NCBI GenBank assembly: GCA_964187785.1
Contig: OZ076416.1
Span: forward strand, 25,110,001 to 25,174,000
Reading direction: 5' to 3'
Length of the DNA: 64,000 bases
Source: Amphiscolops sp. MND2022
Lineage: Eukaryota
The translations under genes were made by a program, and so were the position numbers. Below are positions 52,900-64,000 of the stretch, in pieces. Each line of letters opens with the position of its first letter. The stretch's first letter is position 1. The notes beneath the pieces are model-generated. The model had not been told where the DNA came from. It ran no database searches and worked only from the letters and a program-made list of their open reading frames with translations.

Positions 52900-54276
52900 T
52901 TTCATCACTGAAAAACGACAATCGACAAATTTAGCATCTTCCCAAAAACTTTACCCCGGGATCAAAACACCAAAGAAAGATGAACTTATCATTCTTGGTT
53001 CATCGCTCGGTCCGAAATCACAAGCAGATTTATTGAAAAAAAATAATGAACTGGATAAAGTTAACGGGATTGTTGAAAAACCAAATGCGCACTATGGTTT
53101 TTTTATGTTGAAAAATTGCTTCAGTTTGCCAAAGTTGTTGTACTTCCTGAGAACCTGTTGTACATGTTTTAATCATCCAGCTCTCTTGGAGAAATATGAC
53201 AAAACCGTGCGCGACGGGCTTTCCAAAGTGTGTAACGTGAACTTCGACGATATTTTGAGTGCTCAGCTGGCTCTGCCTGCTGAGATGGGTGGTCTTGGGG
53301 TTTCATCCGCATCATTATTAGCACTTGCCGCCTTTTTGGCCTCAGCTTTCGGTGCCAGCGATTTTCTCACGACGATTTTCTCGGAAACATTCGAAGATGT
53401 TTCATTTACAAAAGCGCTTGAGAAATGGTTGAGTTTGACGAATGAACAGGAAAGTCCTCTCGATGGAACCCAGAAAAATTGGACACAACCTGTCTTCGTC
53501 AAAACCGCCCGGGATTTGATTTCTAGAATGGATGACAGACGTTCGAAAATTTTCAACGCTCATCAAGGCAAATTCGGGTCTCAATGACTGAACGTCGTTC
53601 CTTGCAAGAACCTAGGCCTGAAACTTGATGATCAGCAGCTTCGGATTTCATTTGGTTTGCGTTTCGGGGCCAACATCTGTGTTGCGCATACGTGCCACTG
53701 TAGTAGAAGAGTTGAACGTGACAGTTTACACGGTCTTTTTTGCACCAAGAGTGCTGGTCGCTTCTCACGTCATGCTAATCTCAATTCTCTCAAAGCAGAC
53801 GTTGGGATCTCTCGACTTGCCTTCAGTGCTCGAACCGCGTTGACTGTATCGAACTGATGGCAAACGCCCTGACGGAGTTACCATGATTCCTTGGAAAATG
53901 GGTAAACACCTGGCGTGGGATGTCACGGTTGTGGATGCTCTTGCACCCAGTCGCCTGAATCAAGGCTCTTTATGCAACCCGGGAACCACCGCCACCGAGG
54001 CTGAAGCGCGTAAAGTTGAGAAGAATCGCGAATTAATAGACAATGGATACATTTTTCAGCCGGTGGCCTTGGAAGTACAGGGTTCTTGAGGCGAGAGCAG
54101 TGAAGTTTTCATCACGCGTCTCTGTAAAATGCTCTGTCGTTCGCATGACGATCAACGAGCTGGCAGCTTTTTGAAGCAACCGATTTCAATGGCTCTTCAG
54201 ATCGGCAATGCAGCGGCCTGTGTTCTAGGAACTGTGAGCGACAGAGCTGCGTTCGAAGAAATTTATTACATATAGC
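52900..54276 (+). mobile_element. RLE-type non-LTR fragment, copy 3
   Basis: Near-identical to copies 1 and 2, with an extra stop near 54087. Confidence 0.85.
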
Positions 54277-54562
54277 CTAATTTTTTTGACCTTTATATCA
54301 TAGCAGCTTGTGCCGGTCGACTATAGTGGCTGGTTTGAGTAGTCTGTTGGTTTTTTTGTTACTGGTATAGTGGCTGGTATGGGATCCCCTACTTTCGTTG
54401 CAGACCACGGGTGTGTGTCTTCTCCCTCCAACATGATGATACACATGGCACTTGATTGATGACGAAGATCCATGATATCTGATAGAGAAAAAAATTGTTT
54501 AGGGTTAACTTGTTCTATCGTTCAACCCTATATTGTTTAATCAAAGTATAATTTTAGTTGCA

Positions 54563-55058
54563 ATGAGTCCTTTTGTGTCTTTGTCAAGAGTTGACTGCTT
54601 CAGCGCAGCTCACAGGCTCAACTCTTTCAGGTTGTCACCTGAGGAAAACAAGAAGGTCTTTGGAAAATGCAATCATCCGAATTCCCACGGTCATAATTAC
54701 AAAGTTAGCCCGTTTTCATTTCATCCGATGACTGTTTTTCTTGTGATCTTGTGGGCCTATGTTTTGACAGATTGAAATAACGGTCCGAGGTCCGCCGGAC
54801 AATGTGACTGGAATGGTGATGAATTTAGAAGATCTGAAGCGATACATCAAAATGGCAATTTTTGATCAAATGGATCATAAAAATTTGGACTTGGATGTGG
54901 CTTACTTCGCTGAAAGACCCAGCACGGTGGAAAACATCACCATTTTTATTTGGCATGAACTGAAAAAAGTAATGTACTTGGAAGGAACTGATTACTTGCT
55001 GTACAAGGTGAAAGTTTGGGAGACCGAAAAAAATGTTGCCTCTTTTAAAGGAGAGTGA
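54563..55058 (+). CDS. PTS: 6-pyruvoyl-tetrahydropterin synthase, copy 3 (exons 54563-54703 and 54771-55058; 142 aa)
   Basis: Same motifs as copy 1; ends ..SFKGE, like animal orthologues. Confidence 0.95.
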
Positions 55059-55960
55059 TCCTATTGATGATCACTGGGACCTCAAGTAACAGGATCGATG
55101 CTGCCCTTAACTAGTAAGTGAAAACGGAACCCATTAGTATGCGGAGGCAGTCAACGTTTTGTAGTTGAAGCAACTCTGAATTATGAACAAATCGTCAAGA
55201 ATCGCTGGCATGCGCTGAACGTATCATAAACGGAATGCTCAGTATCCTGGAATCTAGATTTACACTCGTTGTCAATAGATTTGAATAATCTTGGTTCATT
55301 TCTTCCGGTAGTTCAACCTGAAAATTATATATTGCATCTAAACCCCGTTATGAGCAATTCTACAATTGACGAGGCTCAATATATTTATAGTTTTTTAGTT
55401 TCGATTTTCATTCCTGATTATGTGTTTAATTTGTCAACTCGCTCAATATCAGATGGGAAAAATGTTCCAAGTATAATTTGGAGTCATTGGAGTGAAATTC
55501 GCAAAATGAACAGTTTTTATTCTGATTGGCCATTCAGAGGTTCTATAAAAGTTAATGGAGCCAAACGACAATATCACTATTACAGTTTTGAGCAAAGTTC
55601 TAAATGTTAATTGAAATTGTTCTAAAAATCTATTTTCATCGAAAGTATTTCACCATGACTAATCTGGTACTTTTTCAGAGAAGAATTTTCTGTTTTGAAA
55701 TGTTTTGTATCCAGGTTGATGTGTCGTAATTTTTGCCCGGAATGTTTTCTTCGCGTTGAAACTCGGACAGTGCTATAAAGTCACATCCTGCCATTCTGTC
55801 TGCAGGGGTCCGCAATTAAAAATTGATGAAGCAATAATTGCAATTATAATTGATCAATTAATTGATTTTCTCATCTTGCATTTTTCAATTATTGGAAATT
55901 AACAAGCCAATTATTGCAATAATTGATTGAGCGCAATGCATTATCTTTTTCAGGTTTGAA

Positions 55961-57589
55961 ATGACATCTAAAGTTGAAGCGCCAAAAGACTACAAGGCTT
56001 TAACGAAGAAGTATTTCACTAAACTAGAGAATGATGTTTACGGGAACAAGACGTTTCGGCACAAGACGTTTCGGCAACAAGATGGCGGAAGACGTTTCGG
56101 CAACAAAATGTTGCCGAAACGTCTTTCACCTGCTGTGAAGACGTTTCGGCACCAAAGACGTTTCGGCAACAAGAAGAATAATCTGTAGTTTTCTTTAGTA
56201 TGAAACGTGCCCCATATATGTCCCCATTTCCTCTAGTGCCCCGCGGCCCCTTGGGGCCGCTTATATTCCCATCTTGCTAAGCGAGGTCGAACAGGAGCAA
56301 AGACCTAGCGGAAACGGAGATCGCGAAGCGATCGTAGTGGGAGCTGGTCTTTGCGACGGTGAGGGCGAGCGTGCATACACCGAATATGCCCCCACATTAG
56401 AAGGGGAAAGTACTGAAAATTTGTTGCCGAAACGTCTTTCACCTGCTGTGAAGACGTTTCGGCACCAAAGACGTTTCGGCAACGAAAAGTTGCCGAAACG
56501 TCTTCCGCCATCTTGTTGCCGAAACGTCTTGTGCCGAAACGTCCGGAACCCATGTTTACAAGTGCCACTGTGGAAAACTTCTAAAAAGGAAAGATGGTAC
56601 AGGCTGGTCTAACCGGTCAGAGTGCTAGCGACATGTACGAATACATCTCATTCGTTTTATCGCAATATGGCAAGACCATGAACAACGTTGTAGCAATTAT
56701 CGCCGACAACTGTGAAGCCAACAAATGCTTGAGTGATCAATGCGAGGTTCCACTCATCGGTTGTCATTCCCACCGACTTGCATTGGCAGTGAAAGAGTTC
56801 CTCAAACAGGACGAAGCTGTCTTGAGCAAGGTTCATGCTTTGATGGTGAAATTGAAGTCTCCCAATCTGTCGGGTGAACTCAAAAAGTATACTAGCTTGC
56901 GACCTATTGTCAATAACACTACACGTTGGCTCAGTGTTATGCAAATGATTGAGAGATACATGAAGATCAAAGATCACCTACAGCATATACCAGCAATGAT
57001 ATCCTTCATGCTATGCCCCGCGGAAGATGCTCGTCTCAAAGAACTCGGCGTGCTTTTGGAGCCCTTGAAATCGGTTACTCTTGCCCTTCAGCGCTCAGAC
57101 ATGGATATGGCAAGTGCACGCCTTCTGCTAGATGAAATCATCAAAAAGGTGTCAATCGATGGTCGCAAGAAGTATATTCATGTCAATAGTAGCATTGTGA
57201 AAAACAAAGACTTCGAGAATGGCGTCGTAAAAATATTGAACTCTGATGAGAATCTGACTTTGCAAGAGAACTTGGCCGTGAAAAAATTGCGGCTTCATGT
57301 CCAAGAAGTTGAAGAGATGGGGAAGGAGAATGAAGTGCCCTTGGATTTTGCCATGGAAATTCTGAGGAAGAGAAGATGCGAGCGGCGGTCAGATAAATAT
57401 TTGGACTGCAGATTTCTGGTTCCCACGTCGAACTTGATGGAGAGACTTTTCAGCCGGGCTGGATATGCTTATGATGACTTGCGACGGAAGATACAACCTA
57501 TTTATCTGGAGCAGCAGCTGTTTCTGATGTCGAACAAGAGACTGTGGGACCTGAGTCTCGTCAACGAAGTCGTCAACGCTACTGAATGA
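55961..57589 (+). pseudogene. hAT transposase remnant (BED finger start, second D, CxxH, C-terminal E)
   Basis: MTSKV..NDVY|KCHCGKLL..GW is split by a MITE; then IIADN, CHSH and SNLMERLFS; the first catalytic D region is deleted. Confidence 0.88.
56042..56551. mobile_element. 510-bp MITE with long GACGTTTCGGC-array inverted termini, nested in the hAT gene
   Basis: 8-bp TSD ATGTTTAC (56034-56041 and 56552-56559); mirror-image arrays at both ends. Confidence 0.9.
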
Positions 57590-59615
57590 CTCTTTGAGTT
57601 CATTATTTTTGGGCAAATTTTCATCAATTTTGTCTGAATTTATGCATTGACAACTGTTGTTTTGATTTGCCAATTATTGCAATAATTGTTTCATGAAGTG
57701 TCCAATTTTCAATTAATTGGTTTTTAAAATTTTAAATGCCAATTTAATTGCAATTAATAATTGCGGACCCCTGTCTGTCTGTCTTTCCAACAATTGTGAC
57801 ACTACAATGCTGTACTCATACTCCACTGGCCATGCACTAGACGTCCACGTTTTATGGTTTCAATCCATGTTAAAGTGAGCTGAGTTAGGAAACAAACTTG
57901 AAACAAAAATAAGACCGTCAGTACTGAAACCCCGAGTTCAGAATAAACAGCGAATGCTAAAAAGCTCTTGTTGAAGAAAAGGTTTTTCAGTACGGCGAAG
58001 CTAGCTTTTTTCCTTATGTGCCATATGAAGAGAAGTGGAAGTGTAAATACCCCATTACAGCGGGGTGGACGCCGAATAAGCAGTTCTACTTTTCTAAGTC
58101 AGTGCCCTTTTCGGGTGTACCATATTTGCAGCCAAATGATCGGCTTGAAGCTGTGGTTTCAAAGTGATCTGCTCAAGCTGAGCTGAGTTTCTCATTTCCT
58201 CTGTCGGTGAATTTTCCAGCTGTTGCCAATTTTGCACCTGAGTTTTAACCTCTCGATATACCATTTTTCCTGTCATATTGGTTTCGTTTGAAGCAGCTGA
58301 TTTTCAGACTTTTTGTTAAAATTTTAGTTCTTCGGTTAGTGTATAACATGATCATTCCGAACGACCTGCAAGATTTCGGTGGCAAAATCAACTTTCTGAA
58401 AAAAAAAGTTTTTTGTAGCAGACTCTTCTTGAGTAAATACCTCGTATGGTGATCGGTCGAGACACGCTCCGACACATGTGATAGGTTTCATAGGATTTCC
58501 ATTTTTACTGCCTTTAACTGTTGGGCTACCTTTCAGGGCTGAACATTAAGTGGTCTCGTTTTATATTGGTTTTGTTGTAAGTATCTTGTCTCGGTCCCAA
58601 CTTTTAAACAAAATGGTGCGTCTATTCTCATTATTACTGCTTCGATAGAGCGCTTGTTTGTCGTTTTCCTGGTTTTTCGAAGGTTTTTGCATACAGAAAT
58701 ACTAGTTACCCCTAAAGCGGTTCAAAATAAATAGTTGATGACTAGCTTAAAACATGTTTGATTTGTTTTATATCGGTAATGCATTAAATTGTTCCTTTTA
58801 TGCACTATCTTTTTCTCTTTGGAGTCCAAATTTTGACCAAATCCTAGACAGAGCTATAGCATTATCGTTGTTGTGTCATGAATAACTAATCAAGCCAGAA
58901 CCTAAAGAATCTTTAATTTTACTTTGAATATTTCTGCGCCATTCCTTTTTTTGAAATGCCATTTTTTGCCCAACTTGGATTTAATCCTTGTCAATTATCC
59001 ATTTTTATTTATGTGCTTATGTCTTTCAGATATTAACAATGGGGCCAATGTGATAACTAATACCAATCATAAAGTGCCCACGAAGGCGGAGTAGGTCGTA
59101 CACTGAAGGAAGTTGTTGTCATCATTGGGTCTCACGAGCCAGATGCGTTTGATGGGATCATCCCCTAGAGGTCAGGTCAATCGTCTTCAATTCCAAACGT
59201 TACTCCGCTCAATAAATGATAATATTCAACTTGTCGTCTTTGAAATCCGACTCATGTTTATCTAAAAAAGAATCCATGAAGGCATGTTTGTAAGTGTACA
59301 GGGTTAATTCAAGGCAAAAGGCTGACTAAGCGCATCTTTGTACGTGAATTCCTCGGGATTTAGGCGCGAATTAACACAAAGAGTCGATTTATGCATCGTT
59401 TCGTCTCAGCACGCTCACGGATAGCTGTTATGTTGACTCACGCCAAGATGGAGCCAAATGGAGGTAGCAAACGTTCTTTAGCTCTCTGCACTCTTTCTGC
59501 ATTCAAATAAAAAAACACTGTTTTGATCTTTGTTACTAAAATCATGAAAGATTCAGTAAAAAAATAGTGTACAAATACAATTTAAAAATATTGAGGTCGA
59601 AATTAAAAAGAACAT

Positions 59616-62600
59616 TCATCTAAATTGATAATCCCTCCAACATTTTTTACCGTAATCGGGTGTATCCACTTCTCGTTCAAGTTGTTTGAGGAAAAAAGCT
59701 TTGGTCTTGTTCTTTATAGTTGCATATGAGTACGATTTAGTTTTCAAATTTTTCGGCAAGGTGTTCCATAGAGGGACGGTTTTCTTAAAAAAGCTATTTC
59801 TCATGAAAGTACTCTCACAGCGCCCAGTATATACAAGTATATCTGTTCTTTCAAGAAATCTGAGCTGAGCGGTTGATGGTTCATTTTCACCAATAAGAGC
59901 CGGGATCATTTTATTTTTCCATTTCCAAAAATAAAGTACCGTTTTCATGTTGAGCAAATATCGTACCGGTAAGATTTTATACTGTTATTTCAGATCTGAG
60001 GAATGATCGTATTTAGTGCGAAAAAAAACATGCCTTAATAGCCCAGTTAAGTTGTTTCTCTAACGTGGTCATTAGATTCTCAAAAATTCCGGTCAAAAGA
60101 ATAGCCGAGTACTGTAGATGACTAACTACCAATGCATTTAACAGCATCAATCGTGTTTTTTTTTCAGGAAAGAGATCTCCTATTGAGTATAGACATTTGA
60201 TACCACAACTCATTTTCTGCAAAATACTTTTTACTTCATCTTGAAATGTGAGATTCTGATCAAGGAAAATTCCCAGATATTTGACTGAGTTCGAATGTTT
60301 AATTATTTGATCTTTCACGTGCAATTTTTAACTTTTGACATCGTTGTTTTTTGATGGTTTACAAAAAAGTATAAATTCTGTTTTGTCTGCATTGATTGTC
60401 AGCCGATGGTTTTCAAAAAAATGTATAAGTTGTTCAATATCTTTTTCCAACTTGTTGAGAGCATGATTTTCATCTTTATCAGAACATAATATCATGGTAT
60501 CGTCTGCATATTCTACCAATTTACATTGATTGGAGATGGTCTGTTTCATACTATTTACATAAATATTGAAAAGTAGTGGCCCTAATACGGTGCCTTGAGG
60601 AACACCTTGATATAATTCGATCCAATCAGAATTACATGAATCCAGGGTGACTTTCTGAATTCTTCCCGTGATAGTTTTTTATAACTGAAATTGCTTTGTC
60701 CTCGAAATTGAGTTCCTTTAATTTTTCAAAAAGGATGCAGTGTGATATTGAATCAAACGCCTTTGATAAATCAAGGAAAGCGGCCGCTACAATGTTTTTT
60801 TCATCAATTTGTTTTCGAATGGTCTCTGTTGCGAAAAGCAGCGCATCTGCTGATGAAAAATGAGAGCGAAAACCGAACTGACTGTAACTTAAAAGATTAT
60901 TTTTGTTCAAAAATTCGACGATTTGATCCTTCAGAACGGTTTCAAAGATCTTTGATAGAGCCGAAGTGATGGAACTCATTTTCTGCAAAATACTTTTTAC
61001 TTCATCTTGAAATGTGAGATTCTGATCAAGGAAAATTCCCAGATATTTGACTGAGTTCGAATGTTGAATTATTTGATCTTTCACGTGCAATTTTTAACTT
61101 TTGACATCGTTGTTTTTTGATGGTTTACAAAAAAGTATAAATTCTGTTTTGTCTGCATTGATTGTCAGCCGATGGTTTTCAAAAAAATGTATAAGTTGTT
61201 CAATATCTTTTTCCAACTTGTTGAGAGCATGATTTTCATCTTTATCAGAACATAATATCATGGTATCGTCTGCATATTCTACCAATTTACATTGATTGGA
61301 GATGGTCTGTTTCATACTATTTACATAAATATTGAAAAGTAGTGGCCCTAATACGGTGCCTTGAGGAACACCTTGATATAATTCGATCCAATCAGAATTA
61401 CATGAATCCAGGGTGACTTTCTGAATTCTTCCCGTGATAGTTTTTTATAACTGAAATTGCTTTGTCCTCGAAATTGAGTTCCTTTAATTTTTCAAAAAGG
61501 ATGCAGTGTGATATTGAATCAAACGCCTTTGATAAATCAAGGAAAGCGGCCGCTACAATGTTTTTTTCATCAATTTGTTTTCGAATGGTCTCTGTTGCGA
61601 AAAGCAGCGCATCTGCTGATGAAAAATGAGAGCGAAAACCGAACTGACTGTAACTTAAAAGATTATTTTTGTTCAAAAATTCGACGATTTGATCCTTCAG
61701 AACGGTTTCAAAGATCTTTGATAGAGCCGAAGTGATGGAAATCGGTCGGTAGTTGTTAGGTTCTTCGATATCGCCTTTTTTGTAAATTGGTACAACAAAT
61801 GCTTGTTTCAAATGATTGGGGAACTCACCTAGATCTAAGAAACTATTTATCATAAAGCAGAGGGGTTCAGCAATAACATTCTATCAAGACAATCTTTCAA
61901 AGCCCATGCAGGGATAGATGATGGGCCTAAAGGTTTATTGATGTTTAACTTTTTGATCAGTCTTTTGCATTGGAAAAGACTTATGGGTTGAAATTGAAAC
62001 TTTTTGTGACACAAAACTTCATTCGATTTGGGATAGATTTTTCTTTCACCAAGGTAGTCACCCAATTTGGAGAAGCGATAGTTCAAAAGGTTGGCAACTT
62101 TTTTCTCATCAGTGACAATGTCATCAAAACAATTTCTTATGCTTCTTATTTCTGTTTTGGTTCGTTTTTCATTCCTAACTTCATTGATAAAATTCCATTT
62201 TCCCTTTTCAGTCGTGAGAGTCTTGAACAAGTTTGTCTGATAGTTCATTCGATCGTCCTGAATGTTGTCAAGAAACTGACTTTTTTTGAAAAATTGAACA
62301 ATCAAATTTTTCTACACTTGCAAGGTTTCGCCTTTGTACTGGTGTGTCGGGCGAAACGCTTAGTACTTGATAACAAGATTTTTTGAAAAACCGGGAGGGC
62401 AGTTCGGTGATGTTGCATGTCAACTATACCGATGCCAGAAAACTGTCCATAATTCGATAAACGCTGCGAAAAAGTTGAAAGTGTTAAGTTTCAACCAATT
62501 AGATGGCACGATTTCAGTCGTCGCTTTCGCTATCGGCACTTATTCGAATATTACGTAGCTTTCGCTTCTCTGCGGCTTCAGTTACAAGCAACCTTATGAA

Positions 62601-62720
62601 TTCTTATGAGACGTTTTTTTCTTGCGTCTGTGAACGTGGCTATGATCGATTGATGTTTCATTGTTCGTGAATATTCAAGATGACATTTTGTTTCCTGCTT
62701 TCAATGTGTAGTTACATAAC
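59616..62720 (-). mobile_element. CR1/L2-type LINE (ORF2 fragments: endonuclease end, RT, C-terminal domain), degenerate
   Basis: KPLGP, PIYKKGD..NYRPIS, FLDLSKAFD, GVPQGTVLGP, EYADDT, YLGIFLD and PLWNTLP; several frameshifts; 5' boundary approximate. Confidence 0.88.
60209..61740. repeat. 766-bp tandem duplication inside the LINE RT (60209-60974 and 60975-61740)
   Basis: Identical ORF translations at a 766-bp offset; AA microhomology at the junction. Confidence 0.93.
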
Positions 62721-63699
62721 TGAAAAAGCCTTTTTTTTCAAAAGCATGTGTGACTTCAAACTCTTCGCTAATGAAAAAAATCCTGGTCAACGTGTCCTCC
62801 CCGTGAGTTTTTTCCCGTTTCGTCTCGCTTTTTTAACCCCGCGAGTCTGTTTTAGGTACGAGAGGTGAACAACTGAATGGAATGACACCCCCTCGACAGA
62901 CAACGGGGTTCAAGGGGGGTTCCACTGACAGTGGGGTCGGTAGCAACGGGGGTCGCATGACCAACAGTAGCAGTTCTACAAGTCACTGGTACCGCCTTGT
63001 TTTATATTTTCTTCAAAAAATTTTTCACTTGAGATTAGAATTCCATCTTGGGTAGGTATTTCTAGCCGTGGAAGTTCACTTTACAATGGGCGACCTTGTG
63101 TTACAAAGGGTTATGGAATCCCAGAAGGCGTTGTTCATTGAGCATAGTTAATCAATTTAATTAATTCTCTATTCTCAAGAAGTTGTTTTGGAAGACCTTT
63201 TGCTTGTCGATGAAGTAGGCTGTCATTTTAACAGAAGTTGATTGATTACGAAGTTGAGAAAGAAGTAACTTTCATAATATTCAATACAATATAAGTTGTT
63301 GGTATCTTATTATTTCTGCGATAGCAGGAATATTATTGAAATCTGAATTATTCAACTTTTTTCAGTTCAATTTTCGTCTGATTCCGAGTACCTACGGAAA
63401 AATTCCCAGTGCCGAATCCATTGAAATGAAGCGAACGAGTGTTAATTATTCGTTCGCCGAGAGCTTCGCCTGCATTCAAATGCGAATGTGAAACTTCGTC
63501 TACGCTTAGGAGTTATGTTTTCTTTAGTCCGAGAAGAATTAAAGGCGGTGTAAACTGGTAGAGTGATTAATTGTGCGCTATATAAATGATATGCTTCTAT
63601 ATGCAATATAAAAGATATGCTTCTATTATTGAGCATGAAAGCCTAAAAGCAGAAATATACTGTGCCCCACGGGGGCCTATTTTACAGAATATAGGAAAA

Positions 63700-63985
63700 C
63701 TTGTCGAAAAGCAACTCGGCGAAATTCCCAGGCGGAAAACTTGTCGCAAGTAGAGCAAATCATCTCAGTCAAATATCGCCCCAACTTTGTGATCCTACTG
63801 TTTTGAAGTTCTTAATTATTATGAAATATTGCACTGTAAACTATAAAAGTGATTATATTACTATAAAAGTTATAAAACTTTAATTGTAATTATTCGACGA
63901 GTTTGTACTCAATTATTCGACGAGTTAATTCAGCCAATTTTCCGTCCTTTAATTTCGGCGAGTTATTTTCGACGACTTGCATTGT
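63700..63985. repeat. Possible MITE with GTCGAAAA/ACTCG.CGAAATT inverted motifs
   Basis: GTCGAAAAGCAACTCGGCGAAATT on the left resembles the reverse complement of the right-hand AATTTCGGCGAGTTATTTTCGAC. Confidence 0.35.
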
Positions 63986-64000
63986 GCATGCCCTTATTAC

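Larger units (their letters stand above)
39211..55546. repeat. Nested tandem segmental amplification: unit 1 39211-46682, unit 2 46689-52213, unit 3 52211-55546
   Basis: GTGATCGATGTAAGAAAATC starts units 1 and 2; CAGAGGTTCTAT ends units 1 and 3; unit 3 restarts at the equivalent of about 43356. Confidence 0.92.
55803..57773 (+). mobile_element. hAT DNA transposon, internally deleted
   Basis: 16-bp TIR CAGGGGTCCGCAATTA; 8-bp TSD TCTGTCTG (55795-55802 and 57774-57781). Confidence 0.95.

Noticed and set aside
55115-55610. Near-open frame downstream of PTS (also 46254-46680) as a second host gene
   Set aside because: Contains a shared in-frame TAA, lacks a clear start or splice structure, and has no recognisable domain.
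56042-56551. GACGTTTCGGC repeats as a CRISPR array
   Set aside because: Repeats are 11 bp, form inverted mirror arrays with a TSD, have no unique regular spacers and no cas genes, in a eukaryotic context.

Overview
Repeat-dominated eukaryotic (probably invertebrate) genomic DNA; the species cannot be determined from sequence alone. From left to right: a decayed Polinton/adintovirus-type protein-primed PolB (1-3232); a 3'-truncated Ty3/gypsy element A (5.2-12.4 kb, minus); a decayed Tc1 (DD34E) with TIRs and TA TSD; a nearly intact 15.4-kb Ty3/gypsy element B (15299-30687, LTRs about 99% identical, CCTAC TSD); SINE-like and MITE-like repeats; a solo LTR (34907-36686, TTAGT TSD); a nested tandem amplification (39.2-55.5 kb) containing three copies of the only clear host gene, 6-pyruvoyl-tetrahydropterin synthase (PTS), each behind a dead RLE-type non-LTR fragment; a deleted hAT element with a nested MITE; and a CR1/L2-type LINE with an internal 766-bp duplication. 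Two observations stand out. First, element B carries, between pol and the 3' LTR, an antisense gene with an inferred seven exons and GT-AG introns (about 1,090 codons) encoding a BED zinc finger and hAT-transposase-like segments. Second, all three LTR families here encode a long ORF inside the LTR that ends in the same phase, and in both elements with a PBS the LTR-terminal A plus the PBS TG forms an in-frame gag ATG.
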